The notes below the pieces were generated by a model, which had not been told where the DNA came from, searched no databases, and saw only the letters and a program-made list of their open reading frames with translations. The position numbers and the translations under genes are program-made. 64,000 nucleotides of DNA from an uncultured Candidatus Binatia bacterium (GTDB taxonomy: Bacteria; Desulfobacterota; Binatia; UBA9968; JAJDTQ01), in NCBI GenBank assembly GCA_965215605.1, contig OZ244070.1, forward strand, positions 736,001 through 800,000, read 5' to 3'. Position 1 is the stretch's first letter; every line of letters starts with the position of its first letter. Shown here in pieces: positions 1-10,840 of the stretch.

Positions 1-1
1 C

Positions 2-358
2 CTGCTGCTCTTGAACAGCGACGTCATACTCCACGACGCCCACGCCCGGGTCGGACCCCGGACCCTGTTCAACGACGGGATACCCCGCTGGCGCCGGGTG
101 ACGAGGACACTCCGGCAGCCCGGCCTCGTAAGGATCATCTGCGAGCTGCACCACGCCTGGATGAACGCCTACATCGTGGTGACGCCGGACCGGTTCTTCG
201 CGGTGACAGGCTCCCGCGGCCGCTACGCCATCGACGGCATCCCGCCGGGAACCTACGATGTGCGTTTTTGGCACGAACGATTGGGTGAGGTATCGCAGCG
301 GGTGGTGGTGGGCCCGGGAACGACGCAACGTCACGACGTCACGCTGCCCATGCGGTAA
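2..358 (+). CDS. C-terminal part of a cupredoxin-like / carboxypeptidase-regulatory-like domain protein (5' end outside window)
   Basis: NSDxxLH...ICELHHAWMNAYIVV...GRYAIDGIPPGTYDVRFWHERLG pattern typical of this family; frame open from the window start. Confidence 0.65.
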   Translation: MLLLNSDVILHDAHARVGPRTLFNDGIPRWRRVTRTLRQPGLVRIICELHHAWMNAYIVVTPDRFFAVTGSRGRYAIDGIPPGTYDVRFWHERLGEVSQRVVVGPGTTQRHDVTLPMR

Positions 359-395
359 GGCGGGAAAGCGCCCGCCGGCGAGGCCGTGGGACCCC

Positions 396-1070
396 TTACC
401 AGGTGGAGGGAATACTGGCGCGCAACCGCCGGACCCCTTCGGCGGCGCCGCCGGGCGCCTTGTAGACCGAGGAGCCGGCCACCAGCAGCGTGGCGCCTGC
501 CGCGACGACCCGGGCGGCATTGTCCGGCCCCACCCCGCCGTCGATCTCGATGGCGGTTTCCAGACCCCGCTCATCCAGCCTGCGCTTGAGGCGGCGCACC
601 TTGTCCACGCTGTTCTCGATGAAGCTCTGGCCGCCGAACCCGGGGTTCACGCTCATGATGAGGACCTGGTCCAGGTCCGGCAGGATGTCCTCCAGTGCCG
701 TCAGCGGCGTGGCGGGATTGAGCACCACCCCGGCCTTGCTGCCCAGCGACTTGATCTGCTGCACCGTGCGATGGAGGTGCGGACACGCCTCCTGGTGGAC
801 CAGGAGGGTGCCGGCGCCGGCCTTGGCGAAGTCCTCCAGGTAGCGATCCGGTTCCACGATCATCAGGTGCACGTCCAGCGGCAGCGTGGTGCTGCGGCGG
901 GCGGCCTCCACCAGGAGCGGGCCGATGGTGATGTTGGGGACGAAACGGCCGTCCATCACGTCCACGTGAATCGCATCCGCTCCCGCTTCGTCCACCTCGG
1001 CGATCTGCTGTCCGAGAATGCAGAAGTCCGCGGAGAGAATGGACGGAAGAATGCTAACGTGCTTGCCCAT
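396..1070 (-). CDS. rpe: ribulose-phosphate 3-epimerase
   Basis: [39 protein letters not shown] and EIDGG motifs. Confidence 0.97.
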   Translation of the reverse strand: MGKHVSILPSILSADFCILGQQIAEVDEAGADAIHVDVMDGRFVPNITIGPLLVEAARRSTTLPLDVHLMIVEPDRYLEDFAKAGAGTLLVHQEACPHLHRTVQQIKSLGSKAGVVLNPATPLTALEDILPDLDQVLIMSVNPGFGGQSFIENSVDKVRRLKRRLDERGLETAIEIDGGVGPDNAARVVAAGATLLVAGSSVYKAPGGAAEGVRRLRASIPSTW

Positions 1071-2196
1071 GGTCCGCCGCCTTCCGGCATTCCTCCTCCA
1101 CCGCCGCGAGCAGCTTGTCGAAGGCCTCGGAGAAGAGCTTCACTCCGTCCTCCAGGAGCTTGTCGGTGATTTCCTTCATGGACACGCCCGCGCGCTCGAG
1201 GCCATCCATGGTCGCGGCCGCGTCTTCGACGGCCTCCTCGAGGCTCTTGCGAATCTCCCCGTGATCGCGGAACGCGTCCAGCGTCGCCGGCGGAATCGTA
1301 TTCACCGTGTCCTCGCCGATGAGCTCGTCGACATACAGGACATCCGGGTAGTCGGGGTTCTTGGTGCTGGTGCTGGCCCACAAGAGCCGCTGGGGCCGGG
1401 CGCCCTTGCCGGCCAGCGCCTGCCAGCCCTCGCCTTGCATGATCTCCTTGTAGCGCTTGTAGGTGAGCTTGGCGTTGGCGATGGCGACCTTGCCCATGAG
1501 CGCCCGCAGGCTTTCTTTTTGCGCCTCATCCGCGGTTTCGAGCCGTTTCTCGAGGGTACCATCCACCAAGCTGTCGATGCGGGAGATGAAGAAGCTCGCT
1601 ACGCTGGCGATGCGGCCCACGTCCAGTCCGTCGGCCGCCGCCTTGGCCAGCCCGCGGATGTAGGCCTGGGCCACCTGCTCGTAAGCTTCCCTTGCGAACA
1701 GCAGCGTCACGTTGACGCTGATGCCCTCCCCGATCAACTGCTCGATGGCCGGCACCCCTTCGGGCGTGCCGGGCACCTTGATCAGCAGATTGTCCCGCGA
1801 AACGGTGTTCCACAGCCGCCGCGCCTCCGCCACGGTCCCCTCGGTGTCGTGGGCCAGATAAGGAGACACTTCCAGGCTGACGTATCCGTCGCGCCGCCCG
1901 GTGTCGTCGTATACCGGCCGCAACACGTCCGCCGCGTCCTGGATGTCCCGGGTGGCGATGGCCTCGTACACCCCCTTGGGGTCCGGCGACCCGTCGCTGC
2001 CCATCTCCGCGATGATATCGTCGTAGTCGTCGCTGTCCGCGACGGCCTTCTCGAAGATGGCCGGATTGGACGTGACGCCCTTGAGTCCGTCCTCTTCCAC
2101 CAGGCGCTTCAGCTCGCCGCCGGTGAGGAGCTTCCGCTGGATGAAGTCCAGCCAGACCGACTGCCCATGTTCGCTCAATGCCTTCAACGGGTTCAT
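1054..2196 (-). CDS. tal: transaldolase (long type)
   Basis: [37 protein letters not shown] and [13 protein letters not shown] motifs. Confidence 0.95.
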   Translation of the reverse strand: MNPLKALSEHGQSVWLDFIQRKLLTGGELKRLVEEDGLKGVTSNPAIFEKAVADSDDYDDIIAEMGSDGSPDPKGVYEAIATRDIQDAADVLRPVYDDTGRRDGYVSLEVSPYLAHDTEGTVAEARRLWNTVSRDNLLIKVPGTPEGVPAIEQLIGEGISVNVTLLFAREAYEQVAQAYIRGLAKAAADGLDVGRIASVASFFISRIDSLVDGTLEKRLETADEAQKESLRALMGKVAIANAKLTYKRYKEIMQGEGWQALAGKGARPQRLLWASTSTKNPDYPDVLYVDELIGEDTVNTIPPATLDAFRDHGEIRKSLEEAVEDAAATMDGLERAGVSMKEITDKLLEDGVKLFSEAFDKLLAAVEEECRKAADHGQAR

Positions 2197-2239
2197 GTTG
2201 CCTCCAAGCCGCCTGCCCGGACGGGTTCGCCGCCCGCCG

Positions 2240-4303
2240 CTACCGCGCCCGGCCGATCTGTTCCTTGGCCGCTGCGACCACGTCGTCCGCGGTAAAGCCG
2301 AATTTCTTCTGCAGGTCCTTGAGCGGCGCCGATGCGCCGAAGGACCGCATGCCGATCTGGTGTCCGCCGATGCCGGTGTACTTGGTCCAGCCGAACACCG
2401 AGGCCTGCTCCACCGACACCCGGGCCGTCACCTCCGGCGGGATCACGCTGTTCCGATAGCTCTCGTGCTGATCGTCGAACAGCTCCCAGCAGGGCATGCT
2501 CACCACCCGCGCCTTGATTCCCTCCGCCGCCAGCGCCTCGTAGGCCGCCACGCACAACGACACCTCGCTGCCGGTGGCGAGCAGCAGGACGTCGGGCTCG
2601 CCGTCCGGCGCATCCGCCAGCACGTAGGCGCCCCGGGCGACGCCGTCCGCCGAGGCGTAGCGGGCGCGGTCCAGGGTCGGCAGCGCCTGGCGTGTCACCA
2701 CCAGCACCGCCGGCTCGTGGTGCGCCTCCATGACCACCTTCCAGGCCGCCGTGACCTCGTTGGCGTCCGCCGGCCGGATCACCAGCAGGCCCGGCACCGC
2801 CCGCAGCGAGGCCAGATGCTCCACCGGCTGGTGCGTCGGACCGTCCTCCCCCACCCCGATGGAGTCATGGGTGAAGATGTGGACCACGGGCAACTCCATG
2901 AGGGCGCTCAGGCGGATGGCGCCCCGGGCATAGTCGCTGAAGATCAGGAAGCCCGACCCGTAGGCGCGCACCTTCACCAGCGCCATGCCGTTCAGGACAG
3001 ACGCCATGGCGTGCTCCCGCACGCCGAAATGGAGGTTCCGCCCGGCCGGGGTCTCCGCCGAGAAGTCGCCGGCCCCCTCGAAGGTCAGGCGGGTCTTGGT
3101 GGAGGGCGCCAGGTCGGCGGCGCCGCCCATGAGCCACGGGACGTTCCCCGCCAGGGTGTTCAGCACCTTGCCGGAGGCGTCGCGGCCCGACAGCCCCTTG
3201 GGGTCCGCGGGGAATTCGGGCAGGTCCCGGTCCCATCCCTCGGGAAGCTGACGGTGCTGCATCCGGAAGAGCTCGTCCGCAAGCTCCGGATACCGTGTCC
3301 GGTAGTCTTCGAGGCGGTCGAACCACGCGTCGCGCAGGGACTTGCCGCGAGATCCCATGCCTCGCCGGAAATGCTCCCGCACGCCGTCGGGGACGTGGAA
3401 CTGGGCGTCCTCGGGCCAGCCGTAGCGCCTCTTGGTGAGCTTGACTTCCTCTTCGCCCAGGGGCTCGCCGTGGGCGCCGCTGGTGTCCTGCTTGTTGGGC
3501 GAGCCGTAGCCGATGTGGCTGTCCACGATCACCAGGGTCGGCCGGTCCGTGGTGTCGTGGAACGTGCGGAAGGCCCGCTCCAGCATCTCCAGGTCGTTGG
3601 CGTCGCCGACCCGGACCACGTTCCAGCCGTAGCCCAGGAAGCGGGTGGCGACGTCGTCGGAGAAGGCCAGCGCGGTGTGGCCCTCGATGGTGATCCGGTT
3701 GTTGTCGTAGATCCAGCAGAGCTTGGACAGCCTCAGGTGTCCGGCCAGCGACGCCGCCTCGTTGGTCACGCCTTCCATCATGCAGCCGTCGCCGCACAGG
3801 GCGTACACCTCGAAGTCGACAAGATCCTCGAAGCCGGGCCGGTCGTAGCGGCTGGCCATCCAGCTCCCGGCGATGGCCATGCCCACGCTGGTGGCGACCC
3901 CCTGCCCCAAGGGTCCGGTGGTGGTCTCCACTCCGGAGGTCCAGCGGTACTCCGGGTGGCCGGGACAGCGGCTGTCGAGCTGGCGGAACTGCTTCAAGGC
4001 TTCCAGCGGGACGGACAGGGAACCCAGGGTCTCGTAGTCCTTGCTGACCGCCTTGGTCCCGGTCAGGTGGAGCATCGAGTACAGCAGCATGGACGCGTGC
4101 CCCGCCGACAGCACGAACCGGTCCCGATTGGGCCAGATGGGATCGTCGGGATCGAACCGCAGGAAACGCTGCCACAGGCAATAAGCCACCGGCGCCATGG
4201 CCATGGGCGTGCCCGGGTGCCCGGAGTTGGCCTGCTGGACCCCGTCGATGGAGAGGGTGCGGATCGTGTTGATGCACAGCTCGTCGAGATTGGCGTCGCT
4301 CAT
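2240..4303 (-). CDS. tkt: transketolase
   Basis: ANSGHPG, DRFVLSAGH, GVETTTGPLGQG, GDGCMMEG and GEDGPTHQP; start set at ATG 4303 behind an AAAGGAG RBS. Confidence 0.97.
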   Translation of the reverse strand: MSDANLDELCINTIRTLSIDGVQQANSGHPGTPMAMAPVAYCLWQRFLRFDPDDPIWPNRDRFVLSAGHASMLLYSMLHLTGTKAVSKDYETLGSLSVPLEALKQFRQLDSRCPGHPEYRWTSGVETTTGPLGQGVATSVGMAIAGSWMASRYDRPGFEDLVDFEVYALCGDGCMMEGVTNEAASLAGHLRLSKLCWIYDNNRITIEGHTALAFSDDVATRFLGYGWNVVRVGDANDLEMLERAFRTFHDTTDRPTLVIVDSHIGYGSPNKQDTSGAHGEPLGEEEVKLTKRRYGWPEDAQFHVPDGVREHFRRGMGSRGKSLRDAWFDRLEDYRTRYPELADELFRMQHRQLPEGWDRDLPEFPADPKGLSGRDASGKVLNTLAGNVPWLMGGAADLAPSTKTRLTFEGAGDFSAETPAGRNLHFGVREHAMASVLNGMALVKVRAYGSGFLIFSDYARGAIRLSALMELPVVHIFTHDSIGVGEDGPTHQPVEHLASLRAVPGLLVIRPADANEVTAAWKVVMEAHHEPAVLVVTRQALPTLDRARYASADGVARGAYVLADAPDGEPDVLLLATGSEVSLCVAAYEALAAEGIKARVVSMPCWELFDDQHESYRNSVIPPEVTARVSVEQASVFGWTKYTGIGGHQIGMRSFGASAPLKDLQKKFGFTADDVVAAAKEQIGRAR

Positions 4304-4440
4304 GGACGATGGACTCCTTTGAAGACCTGGTTGGCGACTCTCTTTCAACAAGTTTGCCAGATGAGTCCGGCCGCATACAACGCGTATCAACGCTTTCGAT
4401 TGGATTTTTCCCTCGCCAACCGATAATCTCCGGAATCCCC

Positions 4441-6087
4441 ATGGAAAACTTCACTCCGGCGGAACGCGAGCGACTCGCCCCGTTCTTCACCAACGTGGAC
4501 CGGCCGGTTTTCGGCCTCAGACTGCCGCAGGAGGTGGCCGGGGCGCTGTTCTCGCGCTACAGCCGCTCGGCCAAGGACCTCCGGCGCACGTTTCTGGACG
4601 AGTTCCTGGGCGACGCGGACCTCTCCACCATCCTGGACACGCCGGCCCCGGCCGCCGGCGACGACCCGGCCGTGCGCCGCGCGCGCGCCTTCTACGACCG
4701 CGTGCTCGTGGGATACGGCGACGACTCGGTGGCCCAGCTCGGCGGCGCCCACGTCGCCTGCGAGGATATCTCCAACGTGGCCGCCAAGGCTCTCGAGGAC
4801 GCGCGGATCGGTATTGCGCCGCTGGAGAAGTCCACCCGTTACGTCCGTTTCGACCGGAAGGACGCCTCCGGCCGGCACCTGTTCTTCGTCGAGCCGACCC
4901 TGGCCCGGTCGAAACACGGCGACGACTACCTGGAGCTCATGGAGCTCCTGTTCGACGCCTACTCGCGGCAGATGGAGCCCATGATCGAGCATGTCCGGAA
5001 GTCCGTTCCACTGGAGGAAACGGAACTGCGGCACCCCGGCACCGGTGAGACCGTCGCCTACGCCGAAGCCCGCAAGGACGGGAAGCTCGCCCGCTGGGCG
5101 GAGACAGCGTATCGATCCACGGTACGGGCCCATGCCTGCGATATCCTGCGAGGCTATCTGCCGGCAGCGACCCGCACCAACGTCGGCCTGTTCGGGGTGG
5201 GACAGGCCTTCGAATACCTGTTGTCCAAATGCCACTCCAGCGACCTCGCGGAGCTCCGCGACCTGGGCGGCGCCATGGGCCGGGAACTGGACACGCTGAT
5301 CCCCTCGTTCGTGAAGCGGGCTCAGCCCAGCCCGTACCTGTCGGAGACGTTCAGCCACACCCGCTCGCTGGCGGAGGAGTTGGTGACCGAACCCGCGCGG
5401 GAAGGCCCGAGCGTCACATTGGTGGATCACGACGGACAGGCGGAAGAGAGGATCATCGCCGCCATCCTGTATCCCCACGCGACGCACCCGCTGTCACAAC
5501 TGAGGGAACTGGCGGCGGGGCTGCCGGATGAGCGGAAGCAGGCGGTGCTCGACGTCTACATGAAGGGCCGGCGGCACCGGCGCGAGAAGCCGGGGCGCGC
5601 ACTGGAGCAAGTCTATTACACCTTCGACATCATCGGGAATCTCGGCGCCTACCGGGACCTCCAGCGGCATCGCCTGCTGAGCCAGGAACGGCAGGACTTC
5701 ACCACCGCCCACGGCTACGACACCCCGCCGGAGATCGCGGAAGCGGGATTCGGCGGCGAGTACCGGCACTGCATGGACCTCGCCGCCGAAGTCCATGAAC
5801 GGATCCGGAGAGACCATCCGCGGGAGTCGCAGTACGTGGTGCCGTTCGCCTATCGCACGCGATGGTACATGAAGATGAACCTGCGGGAGGCTGTGCATGT
5901 CGGCGAGTTGCGGACGATGCCGCAAGGGCATCCCGACTACCGCTGGATCACGCAGGAGATGTGGCGTCAGATTGCCGCGGTGCACCCGCGGCTGGCGGGT
6001 TACGCGCGGTTCATCGACTGGAAGACCTACCGCCTCGGGCGGCTGGCGTCCGAGCTCCGGACGGAGTTCAAGAGATCCGGCCGGTAG
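4441..6087 (+). CDS. thyX: FAD-dependent thymidylate synthase, tandem two-domain ThyX type
   Basis: ALFSRYSRS, GYGDDSVAQLG, LEKSTRYV, RDLQRHR and ELRTMPQGHPDYR motifs; start ATG 4441. Confidence 0.85.
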   Translation: MENFTPAERERLAPFFTNVDRPVFGLRLPQEVAGALFSRYSRSAKDLRRTFLDEFLGDADLSTILDTPAPAAGDDPAVRRARAFYDRVLVGYGDDSVAQLGGAHVACEDISNVAAKALEDARIGIAPLEKSTRYVRFDRKDASGRHLFFVEPTLARSKHGDDYLELMELLFDAYSRQMEPMIEHVRKSVPLEETELRHPGTGETVAYAEARKDGKLARWAETAYRSTVRAHACDILRGYLPAATRTNVGLFGVGQAFEYLLSKCHSSDLAELRDLGGAMGRELDTLIPSFVKRAQPSPYLSETFSHTRSLAEELVTEPAREGPSVTLVDHDGQAEERIIAAILYPHATHPLSQLRELAAGLPDERKQAVLDVYMKGRRHRREKPGRALEQVYYTFDIIGNLGAYRDLQRHRLLSQERQDFTTAHGYDTPPEIAEAGFGGEYRHCMDLAAEVHERIRRDHPRESQYVVPFAYRTRWYMKMNLREAVHVGELRTMPQGHPDYRWITQEMWRQIAAVHPRLAGYARFIDWKTYRLGRLASELRTEFKRSGR

Positions 6088-6089
6088 CA

Positions 6090-6162
6090 GGGGGCGGGTT
6101 TCAAACGTCTCAAACCCGCCCCTGAGGGGCGAAACGCGGCAGCTTCGCGACCCCGCCCCTAC
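6090..6162. repeat. GTAG-type REP-like palindrome doublet between convergent genes
   Basis: GGGGCGGGTTT...AAACCCGCCCC followed by AGGGGCG...CCCCGCCCCTAC; related to copies at 38748 and 45058. Confidence 0.65.
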
Positions 6163-6584
6163 GCCGCTTCGGCCGGGGCTTTGGCGTTGGCCTTGGCCTT
6201 GCGCCGCTTCCACTCCACCAGACCCCGCCGCAGGTAGCTGGGCTCTATTCCCAGCACGCCGCAAACGGACTCGAAGCTGAGGAAACGCTCATCGTCGACG
6301 GCGAAGATCCATTCCTCCGCGTCCCGATAGGCCGTCCGCCTCTTGGCCGTCCGGGCAAAGATATTCTTCCGGTAACAGGCGAGGGCATCCTCGAGGATGG
6401 CGAGAAGCAGGTGCTTCTCGGGCTCCAGTGGCGTCCTGCGCTGGACCGTATCCGTATACTGGTCGGCATCCACGCCATCGGCATCGAACAACGTCACGGC
6501 ATCGAAGGCATCGGCCATTGCGCGCTCCCGAGCCGGGCGGTCGCCGGGCTCCTTGTCCTGGGCCGCAAAAACTGCAACTTTCAT
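6159..6584 (-). CDS. conserved hypothetical protein (EPEKxLxLAxLEDA...EEWIF...SFESVCxxLG family)
   Basis: Coherent ORF with a near-consensus promoter upstream; start uncertain (6584 or 6608). Confidence 0.7.
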   Translation of the reverse strand: MKVAVFAAQDKEPGDRPARERAMADAFDAVTLFDADGVDADQYTDTVQRRTPLEPEKHLLLAILEDALACYRKNIFARTAKRRTAYRDAEEWIFAVDDERFLSFESVCGVLGIEPSYLRRGLVEWKRRKAKANAKAPAEAA

Positions 6585-6681
6585 AGTGACTTCCGTATCT
6601 TCCCTCATCGCTGGCACCGTCCGTTCCGATTAGACTGAAACCGGTTCCCGTGCCCCCCTCCAACCTTCCCTCACTGAGAAA

Positions 6682-6710
6682 AATCTAAGGTTCCGGCCGG
6701 ACTCTGTCAA
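6682..6710 (-). promoter_or_regulatory. sigma70-type promoter for the 6159-6584 gene
   Basis: Minus strand reads TTGACA-N17-TAGATT in an AT-rich intergenic region. Confidence 0.65.
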
Positions 6711-6846
6711 GGAATTCTTTCGGACCGCGCAAACAAATAATCGCAATTCTCGAAGAACTAATCTGAAAAATGCAACATTTCGTGCCGCACGATTCCGCCA
6801 TGATGGTTGCCATTCCCGCGACGCACCAGTAAACCAACTCGATATA

Positions 6847-8139
6847 GTGACCCGCAAGATCTTCTACGGCTGGTACATCGTCGGCGTCGGCTTCATCTGC
6901 TACCTGGGCTCGTCCTTCGCGCTATCCAGCACCCTCAGCATCTTTCTGAAACCCCTCACGGCCGAGTTCGGCATTTCCCGGGGGGTCTTCTCGTTCATCC
7001 GCAGCGGCGAGGTCCTGTTCTCCTCGGTGATAGCGGCCTTGGTAGGACCCCTCATCGACGGTTACGGAGCCCGATGGCTCATCGTGACCGGGGCGCTGGT
7101 GGGAGGCGCCGGCTTCATCCTGCTCAGCCAGATCCAGGAGTTCTGGCAGTTCATGTTCATACGATGGCTCCCGGTCACCGTCGGCGACACCCTCATGAGC
7201 TACATGGTGGTCAACGTCATGATCTCGCGATGGTTCATCCGCAAGCGGGGGCGCGCCATCTCCATCGCCAACACCGGGAACGGCCTCGCAAAGGCGACCA
7301 TGCCCCTGCTCGCCGTGTGGCTCTTCGCGCTGGTGGGCTGGCGCAACACCTGGATGGTATTCGGCCTGTTGACCCTGGCCATGGTGGTGTTGCCGGCCTT
7401 CCTGGTGGTCCGACGAAGCCCGGAGGATATGGGCCTGCAACCGGACGGCGCGCTGGCGTCTCATGAACCCTTCCCGGGCAGGACTCCGGAACGGGAAGGC
7501 CACCAGGCACCCGCCGCCGAAATCACATGGACGCGAAAGGAGGCCGTCCGCACCGGCACGTTCTGGTTGCTGGTCATCACCTACGGAACCGTCACGTTCG
7601 GGATCATCGGGTTGAACCTGCATATCTACCCCTACATTACGGACATCGGCTATTCGCCCGAGGTAGCCGCCACGGTCATGGGGGCGATGTCCCTGACACA
7701 GATGGCCGGCAACCTCATCTGGGGAGTGGTGGGCGAGCATATCGACGTGCGCAAGGCGGCCGCCGCCCAGTTCCTCCTGCAGGTTTGCGGCCTGGCGCTG
7801 GCCCTTGCGTCCCTGGGGCTGGGCTCGGTCTACCTTGGTTTCATCATCTACGGATTCGGCCTGGGCGGGATCCTGGTGATTCGCGAGCTGCTGTGGGCCA
7901 ACTACTTCGGCCGCGTCTCCCTGGGCCGCGTGCGCAATCTCGGCATCATGATCACCCGGATAGGCACCACCGCCGGCCCGCCCTTCTTCGGATTCTTCCA
8001 CGACTACACCGGCAGCTATTCCCTGTCGTTCGGCGTCTTCATCGGCGCGCTGCTGCTCTCGGCGTTCCTGGTCCTGGCCGTGCGCCCCCCGGGCAAGGCC
8101 GCCCCCTTGGGCGAGGTCCACCAACCGGCGACGCCATGA
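6847..8139 (+). CDS. MFS transporter (OFA/monocarboxylate-like), paralog 1
   Basis: About 12 hydrophobic segments, FYGWYIVG, GPLIDGYGAR, WFIRKRGRA and WANYFGRVSLG. Confidence 0.9.
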   Translation: MTRKIFYGWYIVGVGFICYLGSSFALSSTLSIFLKPLTAEFGISRGVFSFIRSGEVLFSSVIAALVGPLIDGYGARWLIVTGALVGGAGFILLSQIQEFWQFMFIRWLPVTVGDTLMSYMVVNVMISRWFIRKRGRAISIANTGNGLAKATMPLLAVWLFALVGWRNTWMVFGLLTLAMVVLPAFLVVRRSPEDMGLQPDGALASHEPFPGRTPEREGHQAPAAEITWTRKEAVRTGTFWLLVITYGTVTFGIIGLNLHIYPYITDIGYSPEVAATVMGAMSLTQMAGNLIWGVVGEHIDVRKAAAAQFLLQVCGLALALASLGLGSVYLGFIIYGFGLGGILVIRELLWANYFGRVSLGRVRNLGIMITRIGTTAGPPFFGFFHDYTGSYSLSFGVFIGALLLSAFLVLAVRPPGKAAPLGEVHQPATP

Positions 8140-9380
8140 CGCGCCAAACCAACCGGCCGTGGGTCATCGCCGGAGCCGCCTCGTTCACGTTCGGCTCCAT
8201 TCGCGGCCTTCACACATCCTTCGGCGTCTTCTTCGTGGCTCTCCTCGACACCTTTCACTGGAGCCGCGCGGTCACCGCCGGGCTTCAGACGGCAAACATG
8301 GTAACCGATGCCCTGGTATCGCCGTTCATCGGCCGCCTCACCGACCGCCTGGGGCCGCGGCGGGTCGTCATGGCGGGCAGCGTCGTCCTGGCCGCCGGTC
8401 TGGTCCTGTGCAGCCAGGTCAGCACGGCGTGGCAGCTCTATCTCTCTTTCGGGGTGGTGATGTCGCTGGGGTTCGCGGCCGGCGGCGTGATCCCCCACGT
8501 GGTGGTGGTGTCGGAGTGGTTCCCGTCCCGCCGGGGCCTCGTGCTGGGCATCGTCTACGGGGCGGTGGGCGTGGGCACCCTGATCCTCTCGCCCCTCAGT
8601 CAGTGGCTGATCTCCCTGTGGGGCTGGCCGCGCGTGTTCCAGGCCCTGGCGGCGGCCATTGTCATCGTCATCATTCCCCTGGTGTGGAGCACCTACCGGC
8701 CCAGCCCGCAAAGCACGCGCGAGCCGGCGGGAGTGAGGGGCGCCGCCGCGGGCGAGTGGTCGGCTTCCCTGGCTTTGAGGAGCATACAGTTCTGGGGCCT
8801 GTTCATCTCCCGGATGCTGGGCTCGGTGGGCACCATGCTGATCGTCACCCATCAGGTCGCTCACGTGGTGGACATCGGTTACAGCCACATCTGGGCCGCC
8901 GGGGTCTTCGGCGTCATGGCCTTCGTCAGCGCCGCGGGACGCGTGGCCTTCGGCTACCTCGCCGACGCCTTCACCAAGACGGCGGCCTACACCCTCAACA
9001 TCGCCTGCGCCGCCGTGGGCGTCCTCGCCCTCACCTTGGCAACCGACACCTCGCAGCCCTGGCTGCTCTACGTCTACGTCGGCGGCTTCGGCATCGCCTT
9101 CGGCTCCCGCGCCGTCATCCTCTCGGCCATCACCGCCGATATCTTCGCCGGCAAGGGCTTCGGGACCATCTTCGGGTTCTCCGTCGTAAGCGTGGGCGTC
9201 GGCGGCGGGCTGGGCGCCTGGCTGGGCGGCGCGCTGCATGATCTCACCGGCACCTACTTCGTGTCGTTCACCGTGGCCAATTCGCTGCTGCTGGTCTCGG
9301 TGCTGGCGGTGTGGGTCACCGGGCTCGACTGGATGCGCCGGTTCGACCGGCGGCTGTGGCCGGTTCCGGGCAAAGATTGA
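8136..9380 (+). CDS. MFS transporter (OFA-like), paralog 2
   Basis: GRLTDRLGPRR MFS motif A and WFPSRRG; ATGA overlap with the upstream stop. Confidence 0.88.
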   Translation: MTRQTNRPWVIAGAASFTFGSIRGLHTSFGVFFVALLDTFHWSRAVTAGLQTANMVTDALVSPFIGRLTDRLGPRRVVMAGSVVLAAGLVLCSQVSTAWQLYLSFGVVMSLGFAAGGVIPHVVVVSEWFPSRRGLVLGIVYGAVGVGTLILSPLSQWLISLWGWPRVFQALAAAIVIVIIPLVWSTYRPSPQSTREPAGVRGAAAGEWSASLALRSIQFWGLFISRMLGSVGTMLIVTHQVAHVVDIGYSHIWAAGVFGVMAFVSAAGRVAFGYLADAFTKTAAYTLNIACAAVGVLALTLATDTSQPWLLYVYVGGFGIAFGSRAVILSAITADIFAGKGFGTIFGFSVVSVGVGGGLGAWLGGALHDLTGTYFVSFTVANSLLLVSVLAVWVTGLDWMRRFDRRLWPVPGKD

Positions 9381-9505
9381 CTCGGACGGAGCGATTGCCT
9401 AGTTAAAGAGTCTTCCTGAACGCATCAAGCCCGCGCGTACCGCACCCCCGCTGCCGGAGGAGAAAAGCATGAGCCGACCGCCCGTCATCGACGCCCAGGA
9501 CCGCC

Positions 9506-10819
9506 GTGAACCCTGATTCCACCCACCGCTCCGCAAGCCCTGGGATCTTCTATGGCTGGTACATCGTCGGCGCCGCCTTCCTGGCCAACATTTCCTGCGC
9601 CTTCTTCCTCTCCAGCACCCTCAGCGTCTTTCTGAAGCCCGTCACCGCCGATCTCGGCGTGTCCAGGGGGATCTTCTCGCTGCTGCGATCGGGTGAGCAT
9701 CTCCTGTACGCCCTCATGGCGCCCTGGGTGGGGACCAAGCTGGACCAGTACGGCCCGCGCGGCATGATGGTCGCGGGCGCGGTCCTTTCGGCCGTCGGGT
9801 TCCTGCTGCTGGGGTGGGTGTCCTCCTTCTGGCAGTTCGCGTCCGTGCGCGTGACCCTGATGGCCGTAGGCCATGCGCTGGTCTGCTACTTCGTGGTGAA
9901 CGTCACGGTGGCCCGGTGGTTCGTCAGGATGCGGGGGCGGGCGCTGGCCCTCTCGCACCTCGGGCACGGCGTCGCCAAGGTGGCCATCTCCGCGGCGGTG
10001 GGCTGGCTCTTGACGTTCATCGACTGGCGCCAGGTCTGGACCCTGTTCGGCGTGCTGGTGGTGGGGCTGGCGGTCATCCCGGTGGCCATTTTCATGCGGC
10101 GAAGCCCGGAGGACGTGGGGCTTCATCCGGACGGCGACGACGCCCGCGGGCCGGCGGGCGGCACGGTCGACGGGAAAGGCCGGACAGCGAGGACCGGGGA
10201 CGAACCGGAGCCCGACATCCGCTGGACCCGAAAGGAAGTGCGCCGGACGTCCACCTTCTGGTTGATCATCCTGGCATTCGGCATGGTGGACATCGGCATC
10301 ACCGGCCTCAACCTTCACGTGGTCTCCTACGTTTCGGACCTGGGATTCGGCGGAGTTCCGGCCGCCCTGACCATGACCGTCATCGCCGGGACGCAAGCGA
10401 CCTCGGGGCTCTTGTGGGGCTTCGTCGGCGAGCGCGTCAGCGTCCGCAAGGTCATCTCGTTCCTGTTCCTGGTGGAAGCTGCCGGGCTCTACGTGGCGGC
10501 CAACGCGCAGGACCTCTCGACCATCTACCTCGGGTTCTTCTTCTACGGCCTGGGGCTCGGCGGCGCCCAGGTGCTGGAAGAAGTCATGTGGGCGAACTAT
10601 TTCGGCCGGATCTCGCTCGGCACCGTCCGCGGCGCCGCCCTGCAGATCGTGCTGTTGTGCGGGGTCTGCGGGCCCCCGTTCTTCGGTTTCGTGTACGATT
10701 ACACCGGGTCCTACCGGATCTCCCTCTTCCTGTTCATGACCATGCTGCTGATTTCATCGGCGCTGACGCTTACAATACGCAGGCCGCGGCGCCCGGCCGG
10801 GCTCGAACCGGCCGGGTGA
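9506..10819 (+). CDS. MFS transporter (OFA-like), paralog 3
   Basis: FYGWYIVG, LDQYGPR, WFVRMRGRA and WANYFGRISLG. Confidence 0.9.
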   Translation: MNPDSTHRSASPGIFYGWYIVGAAFLANISCAFFLSSTLSVFLKPVTADLGVSRGIFSLLRSGEHLLYALMAPWVGTKLDQYGPRGMMVAGAVLSAVGFLLLGWVSSFWQFASVRVTLMAVGHALVCYFVVNVTVARWFVRMRGRALALSHLGHGVAKVAISAAVGWLLTFIDWRQVWTLFGVLVVGLAVIPVAIFMRRSPEDVGLHPDGDDARGPAGGTVDGKGRTARTGDEPEPDIRWTRKEVRRTSTFWLIILAFGMVDIGITGLNLHVVSYVSDLGFGGVPAALTMTVIAGTQATSGLLWGFVGERVSVRKVISFLFLVEAAGLYVAANAQDLSTIYLGFFFYGLGLGGAQVLEEVMWANYFGRISLGTVRGAALQIVLLCGVCGPPFFGFVYDYTGSYRISLFLFMTMLLISSALTLTIRRPRRPAGLEPAG

Positions 10820-10840
10820 TCGGCCGGCCCGCTCAAGGGA

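Noticed and set aside
6771-6787. Possible sigma54 promoter on the minus strand (CGGCACG...TTGCA)
   Set aside because: GG-to-GC spacing is 11 nt rather than the required 10; a good sigma70 promoter is present instead.
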